A DNA stretch of 64,000 nt, from assembly GCA_964187785.1 (NCBI GenBank), contig OZ076415.1, positions 56,544,001-56,608,000 of the forward strand, read 5' to 3'. Positions 62,037-64,000 of the stretch are shown here, one piece after another; within the stretch, counting starts at the first letter, position 1; each line of letters starts with the position of its first letter. The notes under the pieces were generated by a model. The model ran no database searches and was not told the origin of the DNA. It saw nothing but the letters and a program-made list of their open reading frames with translations. Origin of the DNA: Amphiscolops sp. MND2022 (Eukaryota). The position numbers and the translations under genes are program-made.

Positions 62037-63657
62037 TTATAGATAATTCACGGCGGTGATAGGTTTAATCTCAAAGAGGTCCACTTTGAATATTAGATTG
62101 TCGAGTTTTGGCAAAAATTTGGACGATTCTTGCTGTTCCAAAGTAATCGTCCACACATAGTCCAGGTACGGATGAGTTGCGACTACAAACTGATGTAGCG
62201 TTCAGCCATGCAGAGAAACGCACCGTAGTTTGAATTTTCTAATTTTGGTAAACGGATTTTCCCTTCAACAAAACTATTTTTTCAACAGGAGGACCATGTT
62301 GAAAAATTCCAACGATTGCGCGAAAACTGTACTCTCCATCTCTTTTATAGTGAAGCAGTAGGATGCAAAGAAAATCTAACTTGATCTAATGCATTTTTTG
62401 AAGAGCTTAAAAATTAATTTCAAAGAATCCTGACTTCATTACAGTCTCTCAAATTCAAGTGTTCCCATAGTTTGGACCCTGAATTTATTACCACAATGCT
62501 GGACAGTTTCTTATATAATGCCGAAAACTCAACATGTAGATGAAGTCGCAATACCTGTTGAAAGAGGCAGACAGGATAGTTGATATTTTACTGATCCATA
62601 AGACGAAACAAGCGCAGACCAAATTTATAAAATAGAAGGTAGTAAATCTACTGCATGTTACTAAAACTTTACATTCACTTGAATTGGGCATAGAACAATT
62701 TTGGATTGAGTGGAAAGAGGAGATAAAAAGGTTTTTAAATAACTGTATTTGTTATTATTCATGATGCAAAACTGTGGTGGTGTCCATTCCGACATGCAAG
62801 ACCAGGCTCGAATATAGAGTAAGCTTTTTTCACTAGCATGAAGTTCCCATTCTGAGAGCTACCATCGTCGATGTGACGCTCATTCCAGGGTTCTTTCACA
62901 GCCGATTCCTTGCCTAGAGTTAAGGGTGTTCAAATAACATTGTGAATCATTGCAATAAAGTTATTACTTAAAAGTTAGTAACTTAAAATGGGCAAAAGAA
63001 TCAACTTTGAGATTTCAGAGAATCCCGAGTAAAAGTTAAATGAAAAATCAGGAAAATGTTTTGAATCTGCGAAACCTTTTCATCAGGAAATGAGATGATC
63101 TACTCCGGTGCAGGTATTAGTCGTTCAATTCTAATCATTGCCATCATCAATAATTGCAAATTCGCCCAGTTCATATCCAACAGGACTGCGTTCGAATTCA
63201 AGTGCTTGTAGGATATACAGGGATCTTATTCCATTTCTTGTTATTTTTTTTTAGAATTGAGATTCTTCCAATTTTCTCAGTCACCATGTGGGAAAATTAA
63301 AAACGCCTGACTGATTTAAAAAGCCGTGACATCATTTGGGCATTAATCGCTTGTTCATGCTTGAAGTAAGCACACCCTTTACCCTGAATAGCATCGTCTG
63401 GCAGTCTGATGTTGGCCATGGACACACTCAAGGTCGAAGTCTTGCGCAGTCGGGAGTGCCCTTCGTCCTCATTGGAGGAGACATTGGGCGAACAGACCTC
63501 GTCGGGGGGAGAAGTGTGGTTATTAGTGAGGGCACACCCAGTCTTGGACACATTCCAGTATAGGCGCTCCTGCAGATCCTTCAGCCAATCTCCCACTGGC
63601 TCATCGGAACACACGCAAGGCACAGAACTGTCGGCACCCGCCGGTTCTATCACTATT
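62037..63657 (-). CDS. Unidentified spliced gene with one hydrophobic helix, 5' part not resolved. Exons 63657-63307, 63224-63142, 62913-(62863 or 62803), 62660-62555, 62341-62295, 62182-62037
   Basis: Six consecutive segments join in matching phases without stops (two joins use GC donors): ...SRLFKSVR|SLYILQALEFERSPVGYELGEFAIIDDG|KESAVKEP...|VTCSRFTTFYFINLVCACFVLWISKISTILSASFNR|DGEYSFRAIVGIFQHV|ATHPYLDYVW...*. No family recognised. Confidence 0.55.
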
Positions 63658-64000
63658 CTAAAAATAAACACAAAACCAAATTAAATGGAAACAAACATAA
63701 AAGTTATATTTCATCTGAATAATTCTCACATAAAAGTTATAATTCAATTTAATAATTCTCAACTAATAAAGACGTACTACTATTACTTCCATTGCTCCAC
63801 TTGAAAGCTCTAAACGCCAACACCAATTCGTTGGCCCGAGACAATATAATAAGAATTCCAAGGGTGGGAAGATACTGAAACCCACCCTGTCAGTTTGTAA
63901 TTCTCGAAAAGGACTACAAGTTTTTTGTATTGGAAGTTTTTATTTTTTATTTACTGGCATGGTGTTGTGTTACTAACAGTTCTCTGTTACCGTTCTCGTT

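Noticed and set aside
1-64000. Prokaryotic systems (operons, rRNA, CRISPR-Cas, defence islands)
   Set aside because: Spliceosomal introns, animal-type genes and LTR/LINE elements show the window is eukaryotic; no such loci seen.

Overview
AT-rich eukaryotic DNA, almost certainly animal (species not identifiable from sequence), with spliceosomal introns and dense transposons. Minus-strand host genes: RMC1/C18orf8 (12 exons, 4043-14859), a MIIP homologue (15668-20679), RBM15/Spenito (40479-43098), and two unidentified spliced genes (535-998; 62037-63657). Mobile DNA: a 14.1-kb env-bearing Ty3/Gypsy provirus (23385-37526), a 5.9-kb env-less Gypsy (54243-60190), two CR1-group LINEs (one splitting a CRE-like LINE relic), Mutator-like foldback MITEs, a Tc1/pogo MITE and Helentron/DINE-like repeats. 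The standout is the 14.1-kb provirus. Besides gag, pol (with a dUTPase-like insert) and an F-type class I fusion env, it carries an antisense accessory cassette between pol and env. The cassette holds an intron-containing gene for an HHCC-like plus OTU-like protease, and a 99-aa single-pass membrane protein laid out like a reovirus FAST protein. Several host introns appear to use GC donors. All homology calls come from motif recognition by eye; no searches were run.
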